This document shows, piece after piece, positions 1 through 9,544 of a stretch of DNA of 64,000 nt; within the stretch, counting starts at the first letter, position 1; each line of letters opens with the position of its first letter. Source of the stretch: Spirochaetia bacterium (lineage in GTDB: Bacteria; Spirochaetota; Spirochaetia; UBA9216); the NCBI GenBank assembly GCA_963677925.2, contig CAXXYH010000003.1, forward strand, positions 736,001-800,000. Direction: 5' to 3'. The position numbers and the translations under genes were made by a program. Below the pieces are notes generated by a model. That model ran no database searches and was not told the DNA's origin. It worked only from the letters and a program-made list of their open reading frames with translations.

Positions 1-71
1 TCCCAAGTCTATTATTTAATACTAAACACAGTAAAAAGAGTAAAATATTCTTTTATATTGTTAAATATCTA

Positions 72-109
72 TAAAAAAAGGCATCTTCAAGTGAAGATGC
101 CTTTTTTTA
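72..109. terminator. Bidirectional intrinsic terminator after the ABC operon
   Basis: Inverted repeat TAAAAAAAGGCATCTTC / GAAGATGCCTTTTTTTA with A and T tracts on both sides, just past the SBP stop at 128. Confidence 0.85.
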
Positions 110-127
110 AGGTTCAGCCTTCTTATA

Positions 128-1132
128 TCAGTAAGGAAGCTTAGGTTCCCATTCAGCGGCATTTGCTTTTGTAATGGGTGTACCAACAGAAAGCTGACTG
201 TATGCAATTGACTCACCGTTCATCCAGGAGGCAATAACCTCATCAAGCTTGTTGATGATATCGGTACCTGTCTGGGTGACAGTAAGCTGAAGCCAGCCTT
301 CTTCAAGCTGAGTCATACTGTTGATAAATGCCTCAAGTGAAACAACTGTTATTTCACCAGGTTTGTAACCTGCTTCCTTAATTGCCTGGATTCCACCGAG
401 TGCGAACTCATCGGAAAGTGCAAATACAAAGTCTATGTTTTTGTTCGCAACAAGAAGAGCACTCATTTCTTCATAAGCATTGTCTCTTGAGGCCCCACAG
501 TACTTAACTGCAAGCTGATTGTATCCGCTTCCTGCAAAGAAATCATTAACAGCAGCTTCACGTACGATGTAGTCATACTGTGCTTCCCAACCGGAAAGAA
601 TTACATAGTTGGCACCTGATTTGAAGTTTTCCATAATATAATCGGCACCCGGCTTAACAAGACTGTTTTTCTGATCCGGACCTACATAGCAGTAAACATC
701 TGACTGACCTTCTTCCTTAACATCTGAACTGAGTGTTATTACATCAATACCTGCATCAGCAAGATCCTGAACATAAGTAACTGCTGCACCTGAATCTACA
801 GGAAACAGAACAACAAGATCTGCCATATCATCAGCTATTACTGAGGCAACCTGCTCAGTCTGAGTATTTACATCTCCGTTGCTGTCATATACTTCAAGTT
901 CCCAGCCTTTTGCATCTGCAAGGTTCTGAAACTGAACAAGTATATCGATCGGATAAGGAGCTAAAGTTGTAGTTACAGCAATAAAAGAGACTGTAAACAC
1001 ACCATCCCCATTAACATCACCTGCAACATCAGAAGCTTTTCCTGAACCGTCTTCGCCCTGTCCGGAAGCAAATGCAGAGACTGCACCGAACATCATCATG
1101 GCAACCAAAAGAATCACTAGAAATCTTTTCAT
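128..1132 (-). CDS. Sugar-type ABC transporter substrate-binding protein (RbsB/Peripla_BP_4 family)
   Basis: Signal peptide then ASGQGE, periplasmic binding fold motifs (DxxAxG), last gene of an ATPase-permease-permease operon. Confidence 0.85.
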   Translation of the reverse strand: MKRFLVILLVAMMMFGAVSAFASGQGEDGSGKASDVAGDVNGDGVFTVSFIAVTTTLAPYPIDILVQFQNLADAKGWELEVYDSNGDVNTQTEQVASVIADDMADLVVLFPVDSGAAVTYVQDLADAGIDVITLSSDVKEEGQSDVYCYVGPDQKNSLVKPGADYIMENFKSGANYVILSGWEAQYDYIVREAAVNDFFAGSGYNQLAVKYCGASRDNAYEEMSALLVANKNIDFVFALSDEFALGGIQAIKEAGYKPGEITVVSLEAFINSMTQLEEGWLQLTVTQTGTDIINKLDEVIASWMNGESIAYSQLSVGTPITKANAAEWEPKLPY

Positions 1133-1156
1133 TTATCCATCCTCCATAAGTATTTC

Positions 1157-2149
1157 TTATATTTTCCTGGCTTTCATACTGGTAGTAAACTTATCCAGTA
1201 TAAGAACCAGAATAACCACAATTCCTGTTATGAGGGCCTGCATCGCAGTACGCATTCCAAGCTTAGTCATAACATTGTTAATAATCTGAATAATAGCTAC
1301 ACCCATGATGCACATGGCCATGTTTCCCTTTCCGCCCTGCATCTTCACACCGCCGACAACTACAGAACAGATTGCGATGATATCCAGGTTGTCTCCCATA
1401 TTGTATGTAGATGCGTTCATTCTCATGGCAACAAGCATTGATGTCACAGCAGCCGAGAACCCGCCGATAGTAAAAGCTGTTCTTGTAAGGCGGTCATTGT
1501 TGATACCCGAGAAAAGGCCCGCTTCAGGATTACCTCCGACAACGTACATATTTGCACCGCTGCGTTTGTAGTGGAGGAAAAGTCCAAGCGCGACAAGGAA
1601 CAGAAGACAGATAATATGGGCCGGGGCGATATACCAGAAAAGTTTTCCGTTGTATATTCTGGAGAACTTTTCTCCAAAGAGAGTGATGTCAATCATCCTG
1701 CTGCCGTTATTCTTGTTCAGTATCAGCACAAAGCCCTTAAGAGTTGTCATGACAGCAAGTGTTCCAATAAGGGAGGGAATCCTCAGTCTGGTAACTATAG
1801 TTCCGTTCAGGTACCCTATAAGGCTTCCGAATATCAGTGTTATTATTACTGCTGGAAGAAATCCCAATGAATTGCATATAACAACGAACAAAGTTCCGTC
1901 TAAAGCAACCTGATATGCCAATGACAAATCAATGCCTCTAACAAGGAATATAAAGGTAAGTCCGATAGCAAGTATGCCGTATGTACTAATTGCCTGAGTA
2001 AGATTGAAAATATTTCCCGGTCTTGTAAATTTCGGGGATGCAGTAATTACAGCCGCAATAATTATGAGTATCAGAATATATGCACTGTTGTGCTCATCAA
2101 AAAACCGCGCGACAGGTGTCTGCCTGAGTTTTGCCAGTTTATTATTCAT
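1157..2149 (-). CDS. Sugar ABC transporter permease (RbsC/BPD_transp_2)
   Basis: Multi-TM protein, GIDLS motif, GGNPEA motif, VVVGG..GG.G motif. Confidence 0.9.
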   Translation of the reverse strand: MNNKLAKLRQTPVARFFDEHNSAYILILIIIAAVITASPKFTRPGNIFNLTQAISTYGILAIGLTFIFLVRGIDLSLAYQVALDGTLFVVICNSLGFLPAVIITLIFGSLIGYLNGTIVTRLRIPSLIGTLAVMTTLKGFVLILNKNNGSRMIDITLFGEKFSRIYNGKLFWYIAPAHIICLLFLVALGLFLHYKRSGANMYVVGGNPEAGLFSGINNDRLTRTAFTIGGFSAAVTSMLVAMRMNASTYNMGDNLDIIAICSVVVGGVKMQGGKGNMAMCIMGVAIIQIINNVMTKLGMRTAMQALITGIVVILVLILDKFTTSMKARKI

Positions 2150-3117
2150 TATTTCAAGCCTCCCGAACTCTTAACATCCGCCCACATGGCAACCAGAAGA
2201 ATTATGCCCTGAGTAATATAAGTTGCGTTTGAACCTAAGCCCATCATGGTAAAACCGTTGGATAGGATTCCTACGAAGAGAACTCCCAGAATAGTTCCTA
2301 TTACATTGCCCTTTCCGCCGGTAACACTGGTTCCTCCAAGAACAACCGCAGTCAGGACATCGAACTCAAGTCCAACGCCGGAATACGGCTGAACCGACAT
2401 TACCTTTGCATAAAACACCGTGCCTGCAACACCGGTGGCAAGACCTGCCAGCATGTATACTGCAAGTATTATAAATCCGGTACGTATACCTGAAGCTCTG
2501 GCGGCGATTCCATTGGCGCCAACCGCATAGACTTTCGTTCCGAAGGTGGTCCTTTTGAGTAGGAGCCAGAATGTAAGTGCAAAGAGGACGAAAATAAGAA
2601 TCGGAGTAGGAATGCCAAGTATCTGTCCCTGTCCGATGAATGCAAGTACTGAACTGGGTTCCTGTCCTGTTACAAATTCTCCATCGGAATACAGGGTTGT
2701 TACACCCTTAAAAACATACATCGTCCCCAATGTTCCAATGAAGGGATTAAGCTTTAAGCCGCCAATAAGAATACCGTTCACTGCGCCGCAGGCCATACCT
2801 GCAATCACCGCAAAAAATAGTGCTTCACCGAAATTAAATGAGTGATGACCGGCTATAACGGCGCAAAAGCCTATCATCCAGCCGAGAGATAAATCAATGT
2901 TCCCGGTTACCATTACCAGAGTTACTGCGCAGGACATTATGCCTACAACAGAAACCGAACGCAGCAGGTTCGTGATATTCTTTCCGGTAAAGAACTTCGG
3001 ACCGCTGAATGCAACTACTATCACAATGAAAACTATCATCATTGCAATAACACCGAGGTTATCCTTGCTGGAGACCCTCTTCCATAAACTACGCTGAGTT
3101 AACTTTAAATCACTCAT
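2149..3117 (-). CDS. Sugar ABC transporter permease (RbsC/BPD_transp_2)
   Basis: GNIDLS, G.N..AA..SG and VVLGGTSVTGGKG motifs. Confidence 0.9.
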   Translation of the reverse strand: MSDLKLTQRSLWKRVSSKDNLGVIAMMIVFIVIVVAFSGPKFFTGKNITNLLRSVSVVGIMSCAVTLVMVTGNIDLSLGWMIGFCAVIAGHHSFNFGEALFFAVIAGMACGAVNGILIGGLKLNPFIGTLGTMYVFKGVTTLYSDGEFVTGQEPSSVLAFIGQGQILGIPTPILIFVLFALTFWLLLKRTTFGTKVYAVGANGIAARASGIRTGFIILAVYMLAGLATGVAGTVFYAKVMSVQPYSGVGLEFDVLTAVVLGGTSVTGGKGNVIGTILGVLFVGILSNGFTMMGLGSNATYITQGIILLVAMWADVKSSGGLK

Positions 3118-3119
3118 AC

Positions 3120-4607
3120 CTACACCACTCCCAAAGCTGCTTCAAGAATTTCTTCACGGGAAGGGTTTCCGGACATTTTGAACTGAGCCGTTTCCTTACC
3201 TTCATGGATTGTTATTACTTTGTCGCTTAAGCCCATAATCTCTTCAATTTCTGATGAGACAATGATGACCGCAACCCCCTGCTCTGCAAGTTCACCAAGC
3301 AGTGTATAGATTTCAGCCTTGGAACCTATATCAATACCTCTGGTAGGTTCATCAATAATCAAAACCTTCGGGCCCATCATCAGCCACTTGGCAACAATTA
3401 CCTTCTGCTGATTTCCTCCGGATAAGTTTCCGGCAAGCTGGTTTGACGACGGAGTCTTTATACTGATACTCTTGATGAATTTTTCTGTAATTTCCCGTTG
3501 TTTCTTTCTGTTAATTACACCAAGAAAATTCAGATCTCTTAATTTAACAATTGTCATATTAAGCAGAATTGAAAGCTGAAGCATAAGACCGTCTTTTTTT
3601 CGGTCTTCGGTGGCAAATCCCATGCCGGCACTAATTGAAGCAGAAGGAGAACCCTTTCTGAGTTTTTTACCCTCAACATAAACTTCTCCGGAACTGTATT
3701 TATCAACACCGAATACGGCTCTCATTATCTCAGACCGGCCGGCACCAATCAGTCCGAAAAAACCTACGATTTCTCCGGCTCGCACATCAAAAGAAACCTC
3801 TTCGAAAAGATCTCCACTCGTCAGATTCCTTACTTCAAGAACCTCATCACCAATCGGCACTTTTTTCTTGTTGTACATATTTTCAAGATTCCGGCCTATC
3901 ATATATGCAACAAGCTGCTTTTCCGTAATATCATTTTTATTTACAGTAATAATATTCTCGCCGTCTCTTATTACTGTAATTCTATCCGCAAGATGCATTA
4001 CTTCATCAAGTTTGTGTGAGATATAGATGATGGCGATATTCTTTTCTTTCAGCATGAATATAAGCTTCATCAGAGTATCTGTTTCTGACTCCGACAATGA
4101 TGATGTAGGCTCATCCATAATTATACAGCGGGCATGTCTTGTTAACGCTCTTCCTATCTCAATCATCTGCTGCTGTCCAACAGAAAGACTTCCTGCATGA
4201 ATCTTTGGAGAAACATCAAGTCCTAGTTCTTCAAGGATTTCCCTGGATTTTGCATAAAGAGTTTTATAATCAATAATGGAACCTTTCATCGGAAGATTTC
4301 CTATAAAAAGGTTTTTAGCAACACTCTGTTCAGGAACAATGGACAGCTCCTGGTAAACACAGGAAACTCCTTTAGCTATTCCATCCTGTGTTGATCTGAA
4401 CAATGATTTCTCTCCATCAAGCAGGTACTCTCCTTCAGTAAGCGTATGAGCTCCAGTGATGACCTTAATCATTGTCGATTTACCGGCGCCGTTCTCTCCG
4501 CACAGTGCATGTATTTCACCGGGAAGCAGAGAGAAAGAAACATTGCTGAGGGCGGTAACTCCCGGAAATTTCTTTGTAATGTTCTGCAATTCAATAAAAG
4601 GTTGCAA
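3120..4607 (-). CDS. Sugar ABC transporter ATP-binding protein (RbsA/MglA type, two ABC domains)
   Basis: Walker A GENGAGKST, LSGGNQQK, DEPTRGID; TTG start with GGAGG Shine-Dalgarno. Confidence 0.95.
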   Translation of the reverse strand: MQPFIELQNITKKFPGVTALSNVSFSLLPGEIHALCGENGAGKSTMIKVITGAHTLTEGEYLLDGEKSLFRSTQDGIAKGVSCVYQELSIVPEQSVAKNLFIGNLPMKGSIIDYKTLYAKSREILEELGLDVSPKIHAGSLSVGQQQMIEIGRALTRHARCIIMDEPTSSLSESETDTLMKLIFMLKEKNIAIIYISHKLDEVMHLADRITVIRDGENIITVNKNDITEKQLVAYMIGRNLENMYNKKKVPIGDEVLEVRNLTSGDLFEEVSFDVRAGEIVGFFGLIGAGRSEIMRAVFGVDKYSSGEVYVEGKKLRKGSPSASISAGMGFATEDRKKDGLMLQLSILLNMTIVKLRDLNFLGVINRKKQREITEKFIKSISIKTPSSNQLAGNLSGGNQQKVIVAKWLMMGPKVLIIDEPTRGIDIGSKAEIYTLLGELAEQGVAVIIVSSEIEEIMGLSDKVITIHEGKETAQFKMSGNPSREEILEAALGVV

Positions 4608-4634
4608 TAAACACCTCCAATTAAGCGATAAATA

Positions 4635-4700
4635 ATGCTACCACCCTTCACTATTACTGTCCAATGAGGTTTTCCTATCTTTCCATTACATTCAGTATAT
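4635..4700 (-). promoter_or_regulatory. Promoter of the ABC operon with LysR-type motif (copy A)
   Basis: Minus-strand TGGACA-N17-TAGCAT; 44-nt motif at 4657-4700 shared with four other intergenic regions. Confidence 0.6.
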
Positions 4701-4877
4701 GATAAAATTTATGAATATTGCTTTTATGCAATCATTAGTCTGAATTTTTAACTAAAACATCAGCTAAACGTAATTTCACAAAATTCTTTATTTTTTTTAG
4801 TTTTCTTTTTGGAATTTTTAATAATTATGCTTTCTGCAGATAAAAACAATATCTTTAAGGATCATTGATTTTTAAGT

Positions 4878-4921
4878 CTGTCCAATGTATTATAAACATA
4901 CTTCCATTACATTGAAGCTAT
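4878..4921. promoter_or_regulatory. LysR-type motif (copy B), probable autoregulatory site of lysR
   Basis: CTGTCCAATG-N14-TTCCATTACATT, matching copy A at both ends with the same spacing; ends about 25 nt before the lysR ATG. Confidence 0.6.
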
Positions 4922-4946
4922 GTGACAACTTAGGAGGATTATTTTA

Positions 4947-5858
4947 ATGGAACTGACACAGCTGCAGTATTTCAAAACCGTCGCTAAATATGAACATATG
5001 ACTCAGGCTGCAATAGAATTAAATATATCTCAGCCTGCGCTCAGCCGAACTATTTCACGACTCGAAGATAATGTTGGAAAGAAGTTATTCAACAGAAACG
5101 GAAACAAGATAAGCCTTAATGAGAACGGCCGTATTTTTCTAAGAAGAGCGCAGATGGCCCTGCTTGAGATAGAAGAAGGTCTTAGAGAAGTAAAAGAGGC
5201 GGAGCAAAGCTCCAGCGGCACTGTGTCTTTCGCGATAACAGAATCCGGATTTATTTCCGCTCCCCTTGTAAATTTCATGATTGAAAATCCTCATATTCAT
5301 GTAAAACAGTATCTTCAGACAATTCCCGAAATGAAAGAGGGTCTGGAGAACGGCGATTTTGATTTTGCCATATCTTTTACCCCGATTGATTCGGATATGA
5401 TCGAATGGAAGCCTCTAGTAACAGAAGAGATTCTTGCTTTTGTTAATTTTCAGAATCCGCTTTCCAACCGTCACACAATCTCTCTAAGAGATCTTAAAAA
5501 TGAGAGATTTATTTTCAACAGCTCAAGTTTCAATGTAAGAGAAATAATATGCGATTACTGCCGCAGACTTGGTTTTGAACCTGATGTCTTTTATGAGGGA
5601 ATGGAAAATGAAGTTTCCGATAAACTGGTAGAAAATAATCTTGGAATTCTCTTTGTGCCATCCACTGCTTATATATTCCACTTCAGGGAATTTCCACCAC
5701 CAGAGGTTCTGGCAACCCCGCTCCACATAATTGAACCCGTCGGACAGAGAGTAATGGGTATTTCAATGAGGAAAAGCAGGTATATGACTAATTCAAGTAA
5801 AAGTTTTTATGAATATCTGATTAACTACTTTAAGAATGCAGGAGCAGGTTTAAATTAA
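4947..5858 (+). CDS. LysR-family transcriptional regulator
   Basis: N-terminal HTH (AA.EL.ISQPALSR.I..LE), about 300 aa, divergent from the ABC operon. Confidence 0.95.
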   Translation: MELTQLQYFKTVAKYEHMTQAAIELNISQPALSRTISRLEDNVGKKLFNRNGNKISLNENGRIFLRRAQMALLEIEEGLREVKEAEQSSSGTVSFAITESGFISAPLVNFMIENPHIHVKQYLQTIPEMKEGLENGDFDFAISFTPIDSDMIEWKPLVTEEILAFVNFQNPLSNRHTISLRDLKNERFIFNSSSFNVREIICDYCRRLGFEPDVFYEGMENEVSDKLVENNLGILFVPSTAYIFHFREFPPPEVLATPLHIIEPVGQRVMGISMRKSRYMTNSSKSFYEYLINYFKNAGAGLN

Positions 5859-5871
5859 TTACCCTGAACAT

Positions 5872-7827
5872 CTAAAGTGAGATTGCTGTATAGAATGCTT
5901 CCTGATTAGCATTATACAGATTTCGGCCGGTCCCCATACATGAGCCTACAGGATAAATGTATCCGGGATATTCGGACAGGAGCTTTTCAGACAATTCAAC
6001 AGCCGGTTCAACACCGGTTGCAATAATAAAGCTGTCAGCCTTTATTATATGCCGGCGGCCTTCAATATCTGTCGCGACAGCCCCATGCTCGGAAAACTTG
6101 CTGATTAATTTTCCGCCATCCAGAATTACATGATGCTTCTTTAATTTCTCCATCAACTCCATCCCGTAGAAATTCGGAAGACTTTCACCAAAGTGTTCTA
6201 CAGTGATATGATCAATTATTCTAATCTTTCGCCCCATTTCGGCAAGCATCAAGGCTGTTTCAAGCCCGCTCATTCCGGCTCCGCAGATAACAACCTCTTC
6301 ACCCGGAGTTCTTCTGCCGTAGAGAAGCTCTTTCAGCAGAATCACATTCGGACTTTCAAGACCGGTACAGTCAGGCATTTTATACCGGGAGCCGGTTGAT
6401 ACCACTACAGCATCAGGATTAATATCAGCTACTAGACAGTTTGTAACCTCTGTATTATAAACTATCTCAGTTCCTGATTTTCGAGTAGCACGGATATCCC
6501 ATTCAAGATATTCTTTCATATACTTTTTGAAAGGAATCATGCACCCGTCTGAAAGCAGTCCTCCAAGATGATCTGATTTTTCAAAAAGGATAACAGAGTG
6601 TCCCTTCCCTGACAAAGTCTGAGCGGCCATCATCCCTGCAGGTCCGCCGCCGGCTACCAGTATTTTCTTACTGTCCGACGGGGTTATAATACATCTGTTT
6701 TTAAAATCCATACCAAGCCACGGATTTACAGCACAGCGCATACTGATTCCGAATTTATGAAATTTTCCACATTCATCACATCTGCTGCATGGTCTGACAT
6801 CTTCAGGTTTACCCATAATAGCTTTTCGTATTAAACCGTTATCCGCCTGAAAAGCCTTGGCCATAGCAACAATATCAGCACTTCCGGAGGATATAATCAT
6901 ATTCGCATCGTCCACAGTATTAATGTTTCCGACGACAGCGACCGGAACTTTCAGTACCTGTTTTGCTTTTCTTGAAAACTCAACATTGTGAAGCCTGTCT
7001 TTAAAAAGAGTTGAAATTGCAAAACTTCCACCGCTTGTATAAATATTACCCCTTGAGATATGCACTATATCTATAAATTCTTCGGCTTCGATCATAAACT
7101 CAAGAGATTCATCGAACTCAAGCCCTCCCGGTGTATCCTCGGTAGCGCTTACACGAATCTCAATAATTACATTTTCGCCGACAGTATCCCGAACAGCCTT
7201 CAGAATCTCAAGCGGGTAACGTCTTCTTGCAGCCGGGGAACCTCCGTACTGATCTTTTCTGATATTACTTTCAGGCGAAAGGAACTGCCCAAGCAGATTG
7301 TTGTGACCGCACTGTATCATCAGCATTCTCATTCCGGCGTTTACACAGCGGGCAGCACATTCACAGAAACGAGACTTGATAAACTCAAGATCTTCTATAT
7401 CCATTTCTTTCAGACTGTCTGGACTTCTTCCCGGAAGAGGCACCACCGACGGAGCAAGGGCATAGCCTCCCTTTTGCGGAACTGCTCCCCTTCCTGCGTG
7501 TGAAAGCTGAATAGATATTTCCGCTCCGTTTTCTCTTGCTGCATTTACCAGCTTGGAAAGACCGAAAATACTTCGATCGTTTGTAATATCCATTTCACAA
7601 TGCCAGGAGGAATTACGATCATATACAACGGGAGCATTACCGAGGGTTACATAGGCTACACCGGTCTTGGCCTGAAATGCCACGTAATCGATCATTTCGG
7701 GAGTGACCTTTCCGTCCGGTGTACATCGAAGAACAACTGTCGGTGCATACTGCAGCCTGTTTTTTAGAGTAATTCCCCGTACAGTAATGGGTTTGAATAC
7801 TTCAGGATAACGGGTGTTTCTAAGCAG
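5872..7827 (-). CDS. NADH:flavin oxidoreductase (OYE TIM barrel + 4Fe-4S + FAD/NAD domain), CTG start
   Basis: Frame is open 44 codons upstream of the track start (7695) and encodes the conserved N-terminus YPEVFKPITVRGITLKNRL; CTG at 7827 lies 6 nt after AAAGGAG; N.R.DQYGGS, CxxCxxC and GGGPAG motifs. Confidence 0.85.
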   Translation of the reverse strand: MLRNTRYPEVFKPITVRGITLKNRLQYAPTVVLRCTPDGKVTPEMIDYVAFQAKTGVAYVTLGNAPVVYDRNSSWHCEMDITNDRSIFGLSKLVNAARENGAEISIQLSHAGRGAVPQKGGYALAPSVVPLPGRSPDSLKEMDIEDLEFIKSRFCECAARCVNAGMRMLMIQCGHNNLLGQFLSPESNIRKDQYGGSPAARRRYPLEILKAVRDTVGENVIIEIRVSATEDTPGGLEFDESLEFMIEAEEFIDIVHISRGNIYTSGGSFAISTLFKDRLHNVEFSRKAKQVLKVPVAVVGNINTVDDANMIISSGSADIVAMAKAFQADNGLIRKAIMGKPEDVRPCSRCDECGKFHKFGISMRCAVNPWLGMDFKNRCIITPSDSKKILVAGGGPAGMMAAQTLSGKGHSVILFEKSDHLGGLLSDGCMIPFKKYMKEYLEWDIRATRKSGTEIVYNTEVTNCLVADINPDAVVVSTGSRYKMPDCTGLESPNVILLKELLYGRRTPGEEVVICGAGMSGLETALMLAEMGRKIRIIDHITVEHFGESLPNFYGMELMEKLKKHHVILDGGKLISKFSEHGAVATDIEGRRHIIKADSFIIATGVEPAVELSEKLLSEYPGYIYPVGSCMGTGRNLYNANQEAFYTAISL

Positions 7828-7899
7828 ACCCTGCTCCTTTCTGTGTTTTTATAAAACTACGGAGCTGCATTCAAAACTTTGTCAGTTTTGAATGAGCCT

Positions 7900-8880
7900 C
7901 TACTGTATTTCGTAATAGAATAGACCGTCTTTTTCAGTCTGATTCAGTTTACCCCTGAACCGCAGATACTCAAGATGAGCATAGGCTTCACCAACTGCAA
8001 ACCATTTTTGTGAAACAGGGAAATCATTCCAGTCTTTGGCGCGAATTGACCACTTCATATATGAAGCTATGTCATAAGGCGTGGATTTACCTATCCTTGC
8101 AACAATATCCATGGTTTCATCAAGTCTGAGATCATGATGGTGAATTAATTCGCGGCTCCTTGCCTTTACATCACCTTCAATCTGACGATGGGCAGAAAAA
8201 GTTTTTTCAACATCAAGGTCTTCTATTTTCCTGAGACTTGTATAATAGGCTCCAAGAGGATCCGGAAGGGTTTTCCATGTTGTAATATTGGGAGAGATGC
8301 CGAATATCACATGGTCTCCACTGAAAAGAATTTTATGCTCAGCGTTGTGCAGACACATATGCCCCGGTGTGTGACCGGGAGTAAGAATACACCGCAGTTC
8401 AAAACCGCCGGGGTTCACTATCTCCCCGTCGGATACTGTGGTGTATGAGACATCCTCAGAGGGAAGATATATCATGGCGGGGTTCAGGCTTTTATTTCTC
8501 ATAAGATCATCATATGGAAAGCCTATCTGAAGATACTTCTGATCTATCTCTTCTTTATACTCATCGGTCATAAACTGAAGCATAAGATCAAGATCTTCAG
8601 AACTGACAAAAACTCTGCTTGAGCCGGAAGCAATGGAGGGAGTCAGCCCAATATGATCGGAATGCAGATGTGTAAGAAAAATGTCGGTTTTCGACATATC
8701 CACATCAAGTTCAGCAAGTCCGGCGTTCATGGCCTCAAGACATTCCTTCATATTGAATCCGGTGTCTATAAGCAGGTTTCTCTTGCTGCCTTTAATAAGG
8801 TAGCTGTTTAAATTTCTCAAAGGGTTTCCCGGCAGCGGTATATCAATTGAAAATACCCCGGGAATTAATTCATTTACCAT
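7900..8880 (-). CDS. Metallo-beta-lactamase-fold hydrolase with C-terminal winged-helix-like domain
   Basis: THLHSDH, PGHTPGH, SGDH and AH metal-binding motifs. Confidence 0.9.
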   Translation of the reverse strand: MVNELIPGVFSIDIPLPGNPLRNLNSYLIKGSKRNLLIDTGFNMKECLEAMNAGLAELDVDMSKTDIFLTHLHSDHIGLTPSIASGSSRVFVSSEDLDLMLQFMTDEYKEEIDQKYLQIGFPYDDLMRNKSLNPAMIYLPSEDVSYTTVSDGEIVNPGGFELRCILTPGHTPGHMCLHNAEHKILFSGDHVIFGISPNITTWKTLPDPLGAYYTSLRKIEDLDVEKTFSAHRQIEGDVKARSRELIHHHDLRLDETMDIVARIGKSTPYDIASYMKWSIRAKDWNDFPVSQKWFAVGEAYAHLEYLRFRGKLNQTEKDGLFYYEIQ

Positions 8881-8884
8881 AAAA

Positions 8885-9544
8885 TTATCCGCGGCGTCTC
8901 CGTCTTGCTGGTGCTGCTGCTTCGAATGAACCGACAGGCACAGGAGCTTCAGGCGTTTTTGGAATAACGGCTCCGGCTTTGACTACAGCTTCGTGAGGGC
9001 AGACCTCAAGACATAATCCGCACTTTGTACATTTACTCTGATCGACAACATGAATAAGACCGTTATCGCCCAGGATTGCATTATCGGGGCACTTTTCCTT
9101 ACAGACTAAACAGCCCTGACATTTATCGGGGAGTATAGCAAAGTTGACAAACTTTTTACAGACGAGAGAGGAACATCTTTTCATACGAATATGTTTTCCC
9201 CATTCATCACTGTAATTACTAACAGAGGCTAAAACAAGCTCAGAGACCTTTTTTGCCATCTCACAGCCGGCAGTGTCCTGAATCACCTGACAAACATCGG
9301 TAATAAGTTCAAGATCCTCTGATTCTCCCTGATCCATTGTTATATCTGAAATTATTGTATAAATCTGCAGAAGGCCTTCCCGGCACATTACACATTTACC
9401 GCAGGAAGCTTTACTTCCTGTTTCAGCAATATTAAGCGCCCAGTCTACAGGACATACATCATCCTTCTTCTGAAGAATCTCACTTACATCCGGAAAAATC
9501 TCTCCGGTCTTTTCGCATAAAAACAGTTCTGTACTCTGGCTCAT
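8885..9544 (-). CDS. Stand-alone NuoF/HydB C-terminal Fe-S module (N3-type cluster + 2x[4Fe-4S] ferredoxin)
   Basis: SCGKCVMCREG...C, H...CxxxxC and two CxxCxxCxxxCP motifs; ATG at 9544 overlaps the upstream TGA (ATGA). Confidence 0.85.
   Translation of the reverse strand: MSQSTELFLCEKTGEIFPDVSEILQKKDDVCPVDWALNIAETGSKASCGKCVMCREGLLQIYTIISDITMDQGESEDLELITDVCQVIQDTAGCEMAKKVSELVLASVSNYSDEWGKHIRMKRCSSLVCKKFVNFAILPDKCQGCLVCKEKCPDNAILGDNGLIHVVDQSKCTKCGLCLEVCPHEAVVKAGAVIPKTPEAPVPVGSFEAAAPARRRRRG

Noticed and set aside
4657-4913. Two 36-nt direct repeats as a mini-CRISPR
   Set aside because: Only two copies 221 nt apart with a variable middle and no cas genes; better explained as regulator sites
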